64,000 nt of DNA from a bacterium (GCA_030700065.1 JAUYKH010000003.1:2876-66875), one strand, 5' to 3'. Shown: positions 37,715-46,599, counted from the stretch's first letter. The notes: generated by a model from the sequence alone, not told the origin. A program made the numbers and translations.

Positions 37715-38257
37715 TTAATAAATAGGTTTATTATTAAAGGCAATGTTGGTATCTCCAATAAGTTTATTTGTGCCGCCAGTACTGGCCTGTTTCATGAGCG
37801 ATTCTAGACCTCCGAATTCCTTATCGCCAAAGTAGGTATCGGTTTTATTTTGCATCGCCCTAGTAAAATCTCCCAGTGCCTCATCATATCGGCCCACTTT
37901 TAAGAAACAATAGCCCCGTTCTACCAACCCCCAACATAAACCATTAATTGCATCAGGCCCGCCAACAAACTTTAATCCAGTTGTGTAGTCAATTATGGCT
38001 TTGTCATACAGACCCTGCAGTCGGTATATTTCACCTTTTCTGTAAAAAGCTTGATAGTAGTCTGGCCGGGACAAAATCGCGTAATCTAACCATTTTAGCG
38101 CGTTATTAAAATCGTTCGCATATAAAAAATTCTGAACGGCCACTTTATATGCCGCAAGGCCGACTGACCCTAAACTTGCGCAAAAAACAGCTTCTTGTTG
38201 TAGCCCTAACCTTTCGAGTTCACAAATGATTATTTTTTGAATATCTTGTTCTTGCAT
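37715..38257 (-). CDS. Tetratricopeptide-repeat protein
   Basis: 'AFYRKGEIYRLQGLYDKAIIDYT', 'RGYCFLKVGRYDEALGDFTRA'. Start at ATG 38257; the longer ORF runs through the RNA motif. Confidence 0.75.
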   Translation of the reverse strand: MQEQDIQKIIICELERLGLQQEAVFCASLGSVGLAAYKVAVQNFLYANDFNNALKWLDYAILSRPDYYQAFYRKGEIYRLQGLYDKAIIDYTTGLKFVGGPDAINGLCWGLVERGYCFLKVGRYDEALGDFTRAMQNKTDTYFGDKEFGGLESLMKQASTGGTNKLIGDTNIAFNNKPIY

Positions 38258-38280
38258 ACTTGTATTGGTGGAAGCCGCCC

Positions 38281-38419
38281 GGCTAACACAAAACCCCGTG
38301 TCAGCTGGCCTTGCGGCCCATAACCCTTTCGGGCTATGACTCGTTGAAAAGTTGCTGAACGCGGGGTTCACTGTTTTCAACGAGTTTTTCCTGCCATGCC
38401 CCAGTTATGGAGTTTAGGC
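38281..38419 (-). ncRNA. Structured RNA motif, copy 1 (unnamed)
   Basis: Homologous to 45741-45884; 12-bp stem ACUCGUUGAAAA/UUUUCAACGAGU, GAAA and GCAA tetraloop hairpins, 3' hairpin with a GGGGUUUU loop. Confidence 0.75.
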
Positions 38420-38438
38420 CGTATTCAATTGTACTCGA

Positions 38439-38467
38439 ATTATACGCCCGCGCTTTTTACTTATCAA
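38439..38467 (-). promoter_or_regulatory. Sigma70 promoter for the RNA motif, TPR and propeller genes
   Basis: TTGATA-17 nt-TATAAT on the minus strand, back-to-back with the CBASS operon. Confidence 0.7.
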
Positions 38468-38520
38468 GTGAAAAGTGGTAAAATAATACGACTAATTATA
38501 CTAAATACTAACTATAACAG

Positions 38521-39489
38521 ATGAGCGTAATACATGTAGGCCATTCAGAGATAGTACGATTCGCTGACGAACGAGTGAATCTCAAACGTGATGACGCGAA
38601 AGTCTTCAGAGATCAAATTAATCGTTTGCGTGATCGTTTAGAACAACACTTGAGTGAACATCCAGATTTTGCTCTTAAAAAAATGTTCCTATCAGGGAGT
38701 CTTGCAAAAGGGACAGCACTGAAATTGATTAATGATGGCGACGTTGCCGTTTACGTTTCTTCTGGCGATGCACCATCGGACACGCAGCAGCTTATCCCTT
38801 GGCTTGCACAGCGACTTCGTCAGGCCTTTCCCAATATCAAACCAGGGCAAGTCGTAGAAAATCCGTCCACGCTAACAGTATCTTTTATTGAAACAGGATT
38901 AAGGGTTGATGTCGTCCCTGTTCTTTATAGCGGTGATCCTAATTGGAAAGGTTATATTGTTTCAAAGCATACAGGGGAAAAAGTACTTACCAGCATACCG
39001 ATGCATATAGATTTCACTCGTCGCAGGAAAGCAGCAAATGAAATTCATTTCGCGCAAGTAGTCCGCCTCATGAAATTCTGGGTCAGGAATCAAAGACTAG
39101 AAAATCCAGAATTCCGATTCAAGTCATTCATGATTGAGTTGCTCGTGGCGCATCTTGCAGATCGAGGACTGCTCCAGCTTGATGACTATCCTGAAGCGTT
39201 GGCACAAATTTTTGCACATATTGCAAAAGATAGTTTTAAATCAACAATTGCATTTGGCGACCACTATGATCCCAAGCTTTGTGCTGAAACATCTCATCCG
39301 ATCCGCATTTGGGATCCCATAAACCATCAAAATAATACTGCTAGTCGCTATACTGACGCACAAAGAAAAACGATTATCGAATTCGCATTAGATGCTGGCG
39401 ATGCCATTGACTCCGCTCTCCACGCTACTACAAAGGCCGACACTCTACGATACTGGCGCAAAGTTTTAGGATCAACATTTGACGCATAA
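38521..39489 (+). CDS. CBASS CD-NTase (cGAS/DncV-like, CdnC/D type)
   Basis: 'GSLAKGTALKLINDGDVAVY' (GS...DxD), 'VDVVPVL', 'VRLMKFW', 'FKSFMIELL', 'DPINHQNN'. Confidence 0.9.
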   Translation: MSVIHVGHSEIVRFADERVNLKRDDAKVFRDQINRLRDRLEQHLSEHPDFALKKMFLSGSLAKGTALKLINDGDVAVYVSSGDAPSDTQQLIPWLAQRLRQAFPNIKPGQVVENPSTLTVSFIETGLRVDVVPVLYSGDPNWKGYIVSKHTGEKVLTSIPMHIDFTRRRKAANEIHFAQVVRLMKFWVRNQRLENPEFRFKSFMIELLVAHLADRGLLQLDDYPEALAQIFAHIAKDSFKSTIAFGDHYDPKLCAETSHPIRIWDPINHQNNTASRYTDAQRKTIIEFALDAGDAIDSALHATTKADTLRYWRKVLGSTFDA

Positions 39490-39493
39490 AAAT

Positions 39494-40003
39494 ATGTCTA
39501 ATTCTTATACGTTTACTGAAACACAAACATTTACATTCACGGATGCAAAATACATCGCCGCGAAGGTCGCGACCGATCTTGCCCGATTTAGACGTTTTTA
39601 CAATAGCCCTTCACTTGAACTTATTAAGCAGTACGAAGAAGAACTAACTGCTTTATTGAAAGCTGATTACTTGGATAACATAACTTATGGTTTCAAGAGA
39701 GGTGAAAAATGGATAGAAGCCCTTCGCTACCATGCTCTATCAGGCGGATCTCTAGTCGGAGATGATGACCCTGGCAAAATACGTCCAGGCGTCGATGTTA
39801 TGGGAGCACATTTCACTTCTTTTTTGGTTCTAAATAGTCGCTGGAGTCAATTATCTACGGCTGCACAAGAGGCTTTTGAAGCAAATCTGCCATTTAGAAG
39901 AGGCGGTGGAGATGAACCTGCTCTTGAAAGTGGATATTGGTCACATGGTCACAATTATGCATCGGGTGGACGCAGTATTGGACGCAGTACAATAATTCGT
40001 TAA
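39494..40003 (+). CDS. CBASS HORMA-domain protein (Cap7-like)
   Basis: 'SYTFTETQTFTFTDAKYIAAKVATDLARFRRFYNSPS'; lies between the CD-NTase and the AAA ATPase. Confidence 0.85.
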   Translation: MSNSYTFTETQTFTFTDAKYIAAKVATDLARFRRFYNSPSLELIKQYEEELTALLKADYLDNITYGFKRGEKWIEALRYHALSGGSLVGDDDPGKIRPGVDVMGAHFTSFLVLNSRWSQLSTAAQEAFEANLPFRRGGGDEPALESGYWSHGHNYASGGRSIGRSTIIR

Positions 40004-40008
40004 ATATT

Positions 40009-40941
40009 ATGGATGAAGAAAATATAGACAATCTTTTTGATCAACGCGTTAATTTCCCAGATCCCGAGGCCTTAAGGCGCTTCGATAACCTGGTCGGGAT
40101 CGATGAAATCAAGCTAAGACTTATTCGATCTCTTGGGATACTCGTGAATCCTGAAGGGGTTCGTCAATGGGGTAAAAAATTTCATCCAGAAAGCACAGCG
40201 CTAATTGAGCTTGTAGAACGTCGCCCTCCTCTGGTAATTCTCAGCGGTGATGTAGGCACGGGCAAAACAGAACTTGCAACCACAGCCGGTGACCCAGTTG
40301 CCCGTCAAGAAAGTATTGATATAACTCTGTTTCCTCTAAGTCTTTCAACCCGAGGATCTGGAAGGGTCGGCGAAATGACAAAATTACTAAGTGAAGCCTT
40401 TAACGAAACTTTCAAAACGGCAGAAAAATTTAAGAGCCGTGGTTCAAAGGCAAGAGGGGCTGTGATTCTTTTGGTTGATGAAGCTGACGCCATTGTTCAG
40501 AGTCGTGAAAATAATCAGATGCATCACGAAGACCGTGCTGGAGTAAATGCGTTTATCCGAGGTGTCGATCGTCTCGCAACTCAACGGTTACCAGTGGCTG
40601 TTATATTATGTACCAATCGACTATCTGCGATTGATCCCGCTGTACAGAGACGCGCAGCAGAAATATTTGTTTTTAACAGACCCAATCCAGCACAACGTCG
40701 CACCGTTCTACAAAAACCTTTAACGGAGATAGGTTTCACTAAAAAAGAAGTAGAAAAAATTGTTCAACTGACTGGTTCTGTAGATGGTCGTAAGCACGGA
40801 TTTACTTATTCTGATTTAACACAGCGATTACTCCCAGCATTAGTGCTCGACGCCTATCCAGATAATCAAATAACTTTTAAGCGTTCACTTGAAGTTTTGG
40901 CGACGATTAATCCAACAGCTCCGTTTCAAAAATCAGCTTAG
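40009..40941 (+). CDS. CBASS TRIP13/Pch2-like AAA+ ATPase (Cap6-like)
   Basis: Walker A 'GDVGTGKT', Walker B 'LLVDEAD', 'QSRENNQMHHEDRAGVNAFIRG', 'DPAVQRR'. Confidence 0.9.
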   Translation: MDEENIDNLFDQRVNFPDPEALRRFDNLVGIDEIKLRLIRSLGILVNPEGVRQWGKKFHPESTALIELVERRPPLVILSGDVGTGKTELATTAGDPVARQESIDITLFPLSLSTRGSGRVGEMTKLLSEAFNETFKTAEKFKSRGSKARGAVILLVDEADAIVQSRENNQMHHEDRAGVNAFIRGVDRLATQRLPVAVILCTNRLSAIDPAVQRRAAEIFVFNRPNPAQRRTVLQKPLTEIGFTKKEVEKIVQLTGSVDGRKHGFTYSDLTQRLLPALVLDAYPDNQITFKRSLEVLATINPTAPFQKSA

Positions 40942-40946
40942 AATAT

Positions 40947-41705
40947 ATGGTAAATAAAGCCAAAGATGATTCCATAAAGGATGGCAGATCCTTTCTGAAG
41001 GATAGGTTCATAGATGTAGAAAAATTTTTTGTACAGCAACTTAGGCTTAATCAGAAAAGAATCACTCATGATGGTGCATTAGGGGACGCCACAGAAGATG
41101 TGTGGATTCAGTTGCTTCAAGATTATCTTCCTACGCGTTATCGGGTAGCCAAAGCTTTTGCAGTTGATTACCTGGGTAATACAACCCAGCAACTTGATTG
41201 TCTTATTTACGACGCACATTTTACTCCCGCCCTGTTTGGTAAGGACAATCATTTATACGTGCCAGCAGAAGCTGTCTACGCGACCTTTGAGATTAAACAG
41301 ACCATTAATGTTCAACATTTAAAAAACGCGGGAGATAAAGTCGCTTCTTTGCGTGCTCTACATCGCACATCTGCTCCCCTTGAAAATGCGACTGGCGTAA
41401 GTGAACCAAAACAGCTATTTCCAATTATGGGAGGACTACTTGGTATGAAGGCTTCATGGAAAGACGGCCTTGGTAATACATTTCTTAAACAATTCAACAC
41501 CTTGTCAGGCGATAGAAAACTTGACCTTGTTTTAACCGCTAGTAATGGTTTCTGTGATCATTTGGTAACGACTTATACTCCCACTATTGTTCATGGTCCT
41601 GGTTCGTTAATACGTGGCCTTTTCCGCCTCCTCAAGGCTTTACGAGCCAAGGCAACAGTGGCAGCTGTTGATTGGGAAAAGTACGAATCAGTTTTTGATG
41701 CATGA
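40947..41705 (+). CDS. nucC: NucC cyclic-oligonucleotide-activated endonuclease
   Basis: 'HDGALGDATEDVW...YLPTRY', 'QQLDCLIYD..FTP', 'YVPAEAVYATFEIKQT', 'KVASLRALHRTS', 'AVDWEKY'. Confidence 0.88.
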   Translation: MVNKAKDDSIKDGRSFLKDRFIDVEKFFVQQLRLNQKRITHDGALGDATEDVWIQLLQDYLPTRYRVAKAFAVDYLGNTTQQLDCLIYDAHFTPALFGKDNHLYVPAEAVYATFEIKQTINVQHLKNAGDKVASLRALHRTSAPLENATGVSEPKQLFPIMGGLLGMKASWKDGLGNTFLKQFNTLSGDRKLDLVLTASNGFCDHLVTTYTPTIVHGPGSLIRGLFRLLKALRAKATVAAVDWEKYESVFDA

Positions 41706-41735
41706 TGGCTAAACGCAACAAAACCCGAAAACGAA

Positions 41736-43331
41736 TCAGCAGTGTCGATCGCCAGGCGACACCAAAGACAGCACCGACAGCATTACTGCTAATGGAATGA
41801 ATTGGCCGGCAAGCTCGTGGCAAACTCCCGCCAGGCCTTCAGATCTGCTACAATTAGGTTCCAAGTCCCTCCCACAAGGGCTACCAACAGAACTTTTATT
41901 TCTCTCTGCAACTAATTTGAACTGTTTCTTCCAATGAATCTGTAGGTTTTCCTGATCCCATTGGGTGTTTTCCAACATAGATTTCACTAAACGTCGTTTA
42001 TTCTCGTCAGAGGCCTGAACATAAGCTAAATAAGGCTGTTTGAGAAGTTTTCCAATTTCCGCGATTTTTTCCAAAGTATCCTCATCGGCCTTGTCCAAAG
42101 CACGTCTCCTATGTTGGATTTCAGCTCTTCGGTTCACGAATCCGGTTTTCATAGTTCGAAACTCCTCATCAGTTATTTCATCTTCCAAGTTTTTATTCAA
42201 AAGCATTTCCAACTTTTTCTGAAGTTTGGCCTCCTCTAGATCCAAATGCGTAAGCTCAGTAGCTTTGGTGCTTTGCAAATCTGCCCTTAGTGTGCTTACG
42301 GCCTTCAGAAATATCTCGGCTTCGGCATCAGTGAACTCTAGCTTTTTCAATTCAGTAAGGAATAGGTATTCTATCTCAGTTTCTCGAATCGAGCTCCGAA
42401 AGGAGCATTTTTTGTCCCGGCAGTTGTAGTATTTGTAAATCTTTTTGGCTGATACTGACCGCATTGGCTGATTGCAGGTTGGACAAGGGATGAGCTGTTG
42501 GAATATGTAAGTAAATGTCCTGATCTTTTTATAGCTCTTTTTGTCCATTACGGCTTGGACCTTGTCGAAAAGGGCTTTTGTAATTATTGTTTCGTGAGAA
42601 CCGTTGTAATCTTGATTCCTGTAAGTGATGATTCCATGATAAAACCTTTTTCTCAAGATTTTATACATTGCTTTCGGTTTGAGCACTTGACCTTGCTTGT
42701 TTCGCAGTCCCAGCTTTTCCATTTTCTCCGTCAGCGTCTCGATGTCATAGGTTCCGGTCGAATATAGCTCAAAAGTTTTGCGGACAAGATGAGCGTATCT
42801 AGGATCAGGTGCTTTAACTCCTCGTCCAGCATCAAGATAGCCGATAGGTGCAGCAGTTGGAGAGCGTCCATCTCGGAGCATTCCTTCGATTCCTTTGTTA
42901 ACGTGGAATTTCAGGTTCTCTGTAAAAGAGCTGGCCATTCCCCAGAGAATCATCAGCATTGATCTGGCGGCATGGTTGTTAGTGGACATTCCTTCACCGA
43001 CGAAGTGATAAGTGTACCCTTGCGTCATCAGCTCATAGAGTGTGGCTTGGTCGTACGGATTGCGAGCGCTTCTATCTACAGAGTGGAAAATCACGTTGAG
43101 GACTTCCTTTTTCCGAAGCTGTTTGATCATATCTCCGAACTGCGGCCGATCAAGTTCCGATGCGCTGTCGACCTCGACATATTCCTTTATGATTGTGAGT
43201 TTACTTCTATCAGCGTACAAATTGATCTGCCGCTGTTGCTCTTCAAGACTTTGACCAAAACTCTGAAGTCGGCTCGATACGCGAATGTATGAAAAGGCTT
43301 GTTTTTGCTCCGATTCCTGCTGTTCTGTCAT
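41736..43331 (-). CDS. Large serine recombinase 2; tail beyond about 41880 is chimeric
   Basis: 'SYIRVSSRLQ', 'FHSVDRSARN', 'PIGY', zinc ribbon 'CPTC...YYNCRDKKC', coiled coil. Confidence 0.93.
   Translation of the reverse strand: MTEQQESEQKQAFSYIRVSSRLQSFGQSLEEQQRQINLYADRSKLTIIKEYVEVDSASELDRPQFGDMIKQLRKKEVLNVIFHSVDRSARNPYDQATLYELMTQGYTYHFVGEGMSTNNHAARSMLMILWGMASSFTENLKFHVNKGIEGMLRDGRSPTAAPIGYLDAGRGVKAPDPRYAHLVRKTFELYSTGTYDIETLTEKMEKLGLRNKQGQVLKPKAMYKILRKRFYHGIITYRNQDYNGSHETIITKALFDKVQAVMDKKSYKKIRTFTYIFQQLIPCPTCNQPMRSVSAKKIYKYYNCRDKKCSFRSSIRETEIEYLFLTELKKLEFTDAEAEIFLKAVSTLRADLQSTKATELTHLDLEEAKLQKKLEMLLNKNLEDEITDEEFRTMKTGFVNRRAEIQHRRRALDKADEDTLEKIAEIGKLLKQPYLAYVQASDENKRRLVKSMLENTQWDQENLQIHWKKQFKLVAERNKSSVGSPCGRDLEPNCSRSEGLAGVCHELAGQFIPLAVMLSVLSLVSPGDRHC
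41878..41887. other. att junction between elements 1 and 2
   Basis: gggctaccaa, identical to the tRNA-Glu 3' end at 30099-30108. Confidence 0.8.
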
Positions 43332-43393
43332 AGTCGAAGTTGAACGAAGTTAATAATAGGATATAAAGCCCAAAATTCTAAGGACAGCTATGT

Positions 43394-43825
43394 TTACTGC
43401 TGTTTTGACCTCTTTTTTCTTCTGTCCCTCTCCTCCTGCTCTCTCTGGAACTGCAGAAATTCCTCATGCTGTTCTTTCGACCTTTTTTCTTCGTACTCCA
43501 AGTCTTCCCTGCGTTTTTTGTCCTCCTCGCTCTCTTCTCGTATGGCTTTGTATTTGGGAATATTCCTGTATATCGTGTCAAGATTGTAGCTCAGTCCGCG
43601 TTCCTCAAAGTAAGATTTTAATTCCGCGATGAGACTGTACGCTTTTTCAAGGGCCCAATCGTTAATCTTCTTTGCGGCCCTGACGTGTCTCTCGAACGGC
43701 TCGTATTTTCTGTCGAGCTTTGCGATCCAGAAATAGAACTCTACGATTTTCTGAACATTGGTGAGATTTCTCTTACTCAGAGATTGGAGATGTTTATTAA
43801 AATCAGGTAAAAAATCTTGATTCAT
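43394..43825 (-). CDS. Hypothetical protein with a charged coiled-coil tail (replication module)
   Basis: 143-aa ORF co-oriented between the wHTH gene and the LSR. Confidence 0.6.
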   Translation of the reverse strand: MNQDFLPDFNKHLQSLSKRNLTNVQKIVEFYFWIAKLDRKYEPFERHVRAAKKINDWALEKAYSLIAELKSYFEERGLSYNLDTIYRNIPKYKAIREESEEDKKRREDLEYEEKRSKEQHEEFLQFQREQEERDRRKKRSKQQ

Positions 43826-43921
43826 AGAATTTTCTTGATATATAAACCTAAAAGGTTTAAGTTAATTACTTTTCTTAATTTAAAGTTACTTACTTCTTAA
43901 TAATCCAATCAATTTGATTGG

Positions 43922-44287
43922 CTATGGAGGTTTATCTAGCCTATATTTTTGATTGGTACGGATTAGCAGCCATTTTCGGAGCTTTTCATCAGGCAATAAT
44001 TTATACCTTGTTGCAACTCCAACCTTGTCTATCCTGAATCCGCTTTCATACTTAATCAGACCCAGTTCTCGCAGTTTTTTTCTGGCACGGTTGATTGCAG
44101 CAGGACTAAGGCCAAAGCGCTTTGTAATTTGCCGGTCAGTGTAATGAAACTTGTCGGTCGAAAACCGATGAGACAAATACCAGAGAATCAAAAGCAGTTC
44201 AAACTCGGACGGCTTGAGGATCAGCAGATATTTCTCCAACAGCCGATTAGGCAGCATCAGAAAGTTTTTCTCTGGTATGAGCTTCAT
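43922..44287 (-). CDS. Winged-HTH protein, phage replication-initiator-like
   Basis: 'FLMLPNRLL....LKPSEFELLLIL', 'RQITKRFGLSPAAINRARKKLRELGLIKY'. Confidence 0.7.
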   Translation of the reverse strand: MKLIPEKNFLMLPNRLLEKYLLILKPSEFELLLILWYLSHRFSTDKFHYTDRQITKRFGLSPAAINRARKKLRELGLIKYESGFRIDKVGVATRYKLLPDEKLRKWLLIRTNQKYRLDKPP

Positions 44288-44862
44288 AGTCCCTTCGGCC
44301 AGTCTCTGTAGATTCGCAAAGCGTTTTTTACCTGAATTTCCTGGCCCTGAATATCTCTAGCTGAAATTTTTTTACCGGCCATGACTTCGCTGTACGGCAC
44401 ATATGGCAAAACCCGGTAAATCTTCCGGTCCACTATTGGTGTCTGCCTTCTGCCTTCAAAATACCGAGGATACTCCCTTATCTGAACAAGGGCGAAAAAC
44501 CTTTTACCGATGAGCTGTTCTGGATCAGTGTATTGATTGAAGGCGTTGATGTCCTGAATCGCATTTCCAAGAATCGAGTTTATGCTGATCACATAATGAC
44601 TCAGGATGTGATTCTTGAACGGCATTTGAGCATAAATCCACTCATTGTTGCAGCAAAGATCGTGGGCGTCGATCTGAAACGTGTCCACTTTTTTCGGTTC
44701 CTCCTCCTCGAAGTGGTAGGTTATAATTCCTCTTTTCACCTCTGTGACCTTCATCATGTGCACGTCAAAGGACTCGCCAGTTACATCTTTGACAATTTTA
44801 TAAACTTTCTCGGCCGCTTTGAGTCTTCTTTTGCGAAGCCTCTCTTGCTTGTTGTTTAGCAT
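44284..44862 (-). CDS. Hypothetical protein
   Basis: 192-aa ORF with GAGGAG RBS; ATGA overlap with the wHTH gene. Confidence 0.65.
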   Translation of the reverse strand: MLNNKQERLRKRRLKAAEKVYKIVKDVTGESFDVHMMKVTEVKRGIITYHFEEEEPKKVDTFQIDAHDLCCNNEWIYAQMPFKNHILSHYVISINSILGNAIQDINAFNQYTDPEQLIGKRFFALVQIREYPRYFEGRRQTPIVDRKIYRVLPYVPYSEVMAGKKISARDIQGQEIQVKNALRIYRDWPKGL

Positions 44863-45105
44863 TTTCTATCTCCTCAAAAATTGCCAGAATCGCCTGGAAA
44901 AACTCCAGGAGATCTGGATCGATTTCGTTATTTAATTGTTCCGAATTCTCAAACATAAAAAGCCCGCATCGATCTACAAGCGTTTAGCTTATAAACCAAT
45001 ACGGGCTTCCTACCGTTTGAGACCACTACTCGCGGTGGGTTTTATATTAAGTTTAACTAAGCATAGTTTACACTATATTAAATCGGTTGTCAAGAATCCT
45101 CACTG

Positions 45106-45543
45106 CTATTTTAATTTCAGCAAATAATCACCAGCTATTTCAACCTCTGGCCGACCTGGTTCGCTTTTAAGTACTCTCTCCCTATCTTCAATGAAAAGTG
45201 TGTCTCGTTTGGTGCCGTCTTCGTCTTGCTCCCGTGCCCAATCGTAAGTGCCGTCGAAAATTAAAGTATTGAACTTGCCGCAGTTTTCGCAGTACGCCGC
45301 CATTTCAATAAACTTCACGAAGACTTTTGTATTTTTTCCGGCTTTAATTTTTGCCCTGTTGCCGTTAATGTCAATAACTAATATTGCACTGCAATCTGAA
45401 CATACCCATGATTCACGGTTATCGGCTCGCCGCATTTTCGCATCTATGTATTTGTTCTCTTCTCTGGCTTTTTGCCATTCTTCTTCGCTACCATAAGTCC
45501 GTTTGTAAAACTCTTGTATAAATTCTCTCAAATTTTTGGCCAT
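45106..45543 (-). CDS. Zinc-ribbon protein
   Basis: 'CSDCS' and 'CENCGKFN' CxxC pairs. Confidence 0.6.
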   Translation of the reverse strand: MAKNLREFIQEFYKRTYGSEEEWQKAREENKYIDAKMRRADNRESWVCSDCSAILVIDINGNRAKIKAGKNTKVFVKFIEMAAYCENCGKFNTLIFDGTYDWAREQDEDGTKRDTLFIEDRERVLKSEPGRPEVEIAGDYLLKLK

Positions 45544-45696
45544 AGTATAAAGTTAATAATTTCCCTTATTTTACAGGAAACGGCGTAAAAGAGTAATAGG
45601 CTGACGCATATGACACGCATTCCCTAACGCAATAGGGATAGACATACATGAACCAAAAAGTGCTCCAAACGGCCGTTTTTCGTCAAATAACAGCTA

Positions 45697-45725
45697 TTTA
45701 TGAATTAAGCAGGAAGTTATATAAT
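45697..45725 (+). promoter_or_regulatory. Sigma70-like promoter upstream of RNA motif copy 2
   Basis: TTTATG-17 nt-TATAAT (45720-45725). Confidence 0.5.
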
Positions 45726-45740
45726 AAAAATGACAATTAA

Positions 45741-45884
45741 GCCTAAACCTTTGAAAATGAGGCATGGCACAAAAAACTCATGGAAGATACTGAACCCCGC
45801 GTTCAGCAACTCTTCCATGAGTCATATCCCGAAAGGGCTATGGGCCGAAAGGCTAGCTGACACGGGGTTTTGTGTTACCTGCCA
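45741..45884 (+). ncRNA. Structured RNA motif, copy 2 (unnamed)
   Basis: 12-bp stem ACUCAUGGAAGA (45776-45787)/UCUUCCAUGAGU (45811-45822), two GAAA hairpins, 3' hairpin; covaries with copy 1. Confidence 0.75.
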
Positions 45885-45905
45885 GCGGAAAGGAAATAAA
45901 AGCGT

Positions 45906-46325
45906 ATGGACAAGAAATTTCACATAAGTTGGGGCAAGAGGCATATAATTTATCTTGTCGACATTTTCATACTAAGTCTGGTATCTTATCTCCTTATCGG
46001 TGAACGAGAATCGGATATAATAACGGCTATTGGTATAATCGGAATTGTTTTATATTTTATCCTAATGCCACACTATTTCGGATTCACGTTAGGACAGAAA
46101 ATTTTCAAACTCAAGACAGTTGATGCCAAATCAGGAAATTTTCCTTCAGTGAAAATGTTGCTCCTTCGAGAGTTGAGTTCTTTTTTGGCTTTAACATTCA
46201 TTGGATTTATAGTCGCAGACTCAACATATTCTCCTAAATCTGGATTTTATTGGGACAGATGGACAAGTATAAAAATTATACCTGAAAAATTATCATTAGC
46301 AGAGTTCGATCAATATGAAAAATAG
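45906..46325 (+). CDS. RDD family membrane protein
   Basis: 'WGKRHIIYLVDIFI', 'GFTLGQKIFKLKTV', 'LLLRE', 'YWDRWT'. Confidence 0.8.
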   Translation: MDKKFHISWGKRHIIYLVDIFILSLVSYLLIGERESDIITAIGIIGIVLYFILMPHYFGFTLGQKIFKLKTVDAKSGNFPSVKMLLLRELSSFLALTFIGFIVADSTYSPKSGFYWDRWTSIKIIPEKLSLAEFDQYEK

Positions 46326-46596
46326 CAAATTTATTCTTATAACAGTTGCGATACTATTTGTTATTTTTTATGGATTCAGTCAATACATTGCTGTCAAAAA
46401 ACACAATATAGATGTTGTCATTAGCAAACGATTATGTTATGAAGGCAGATTATACGGTGCGGAGCGAGATGACTGTGTTAAAAAGAGTGAAGCACAATAC
46501 ATTGAGTCGGATGATATCTTGCGGTGGACAGCTGCCGCGATCATCATTGCAGGAATCGCAACTTATCTATACAAGCAAAAAGAGAAACAAATATGA
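46315..46596 (+). CDS. Small two-TM protein
   Basis: Hydrophobic ends, two Cys in the loop; overlaps the previous gene. Confidence 0.6.
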   Translation: MKNSKFILITVAILFVIFYGFSQYIAVKKHNIDVVISKRLCYEGRLYGAERDDCVKKSEAQYIESDDILRWTAAAIIIAGIATYLYKQKEKQI

Positions 46597-46599
46597 TTT

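Larger units (their letters stand above)
30108..41886. mobile_element. Integrative element 1 (LSR, Prim-Pol/helicase, CBASS cargo)
   Basis: Flanked by the 10-bp direct repeat gggctaccaa (30099-30108 and 41878-41887); recombinase at the left end; no virion or conjugation genes recognised. Confidence 0.85.

Noticed and set aside
38281-38419. RNA motif as a hammerhead ribozyme, tRNA or known riboswitch
   Set aside because: No CUGAUGA/GAAA core, no T-loop or CCA end, and no aptamer consensus I recognise; left unnamed pending an Rfam search.
41736-41877. LSR2 C-terminal residues 'CGRDLEPNC...GDRHC' as native sequence
   Set aside because: This is read-through into the element 1 right arm in a different frame from the LSR1 tail.
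45730-45927. ORF 45730-45927 and the N-terminal extension of 37715-38380 share 'NPAFSN...PKGLWA...ADTGFCV', suggesting a conserved peptide
   Set aside because: The differences are largely non-synonymous but preserve base pairing, and the starts are not equivalent; RNA structure explains the conservation.
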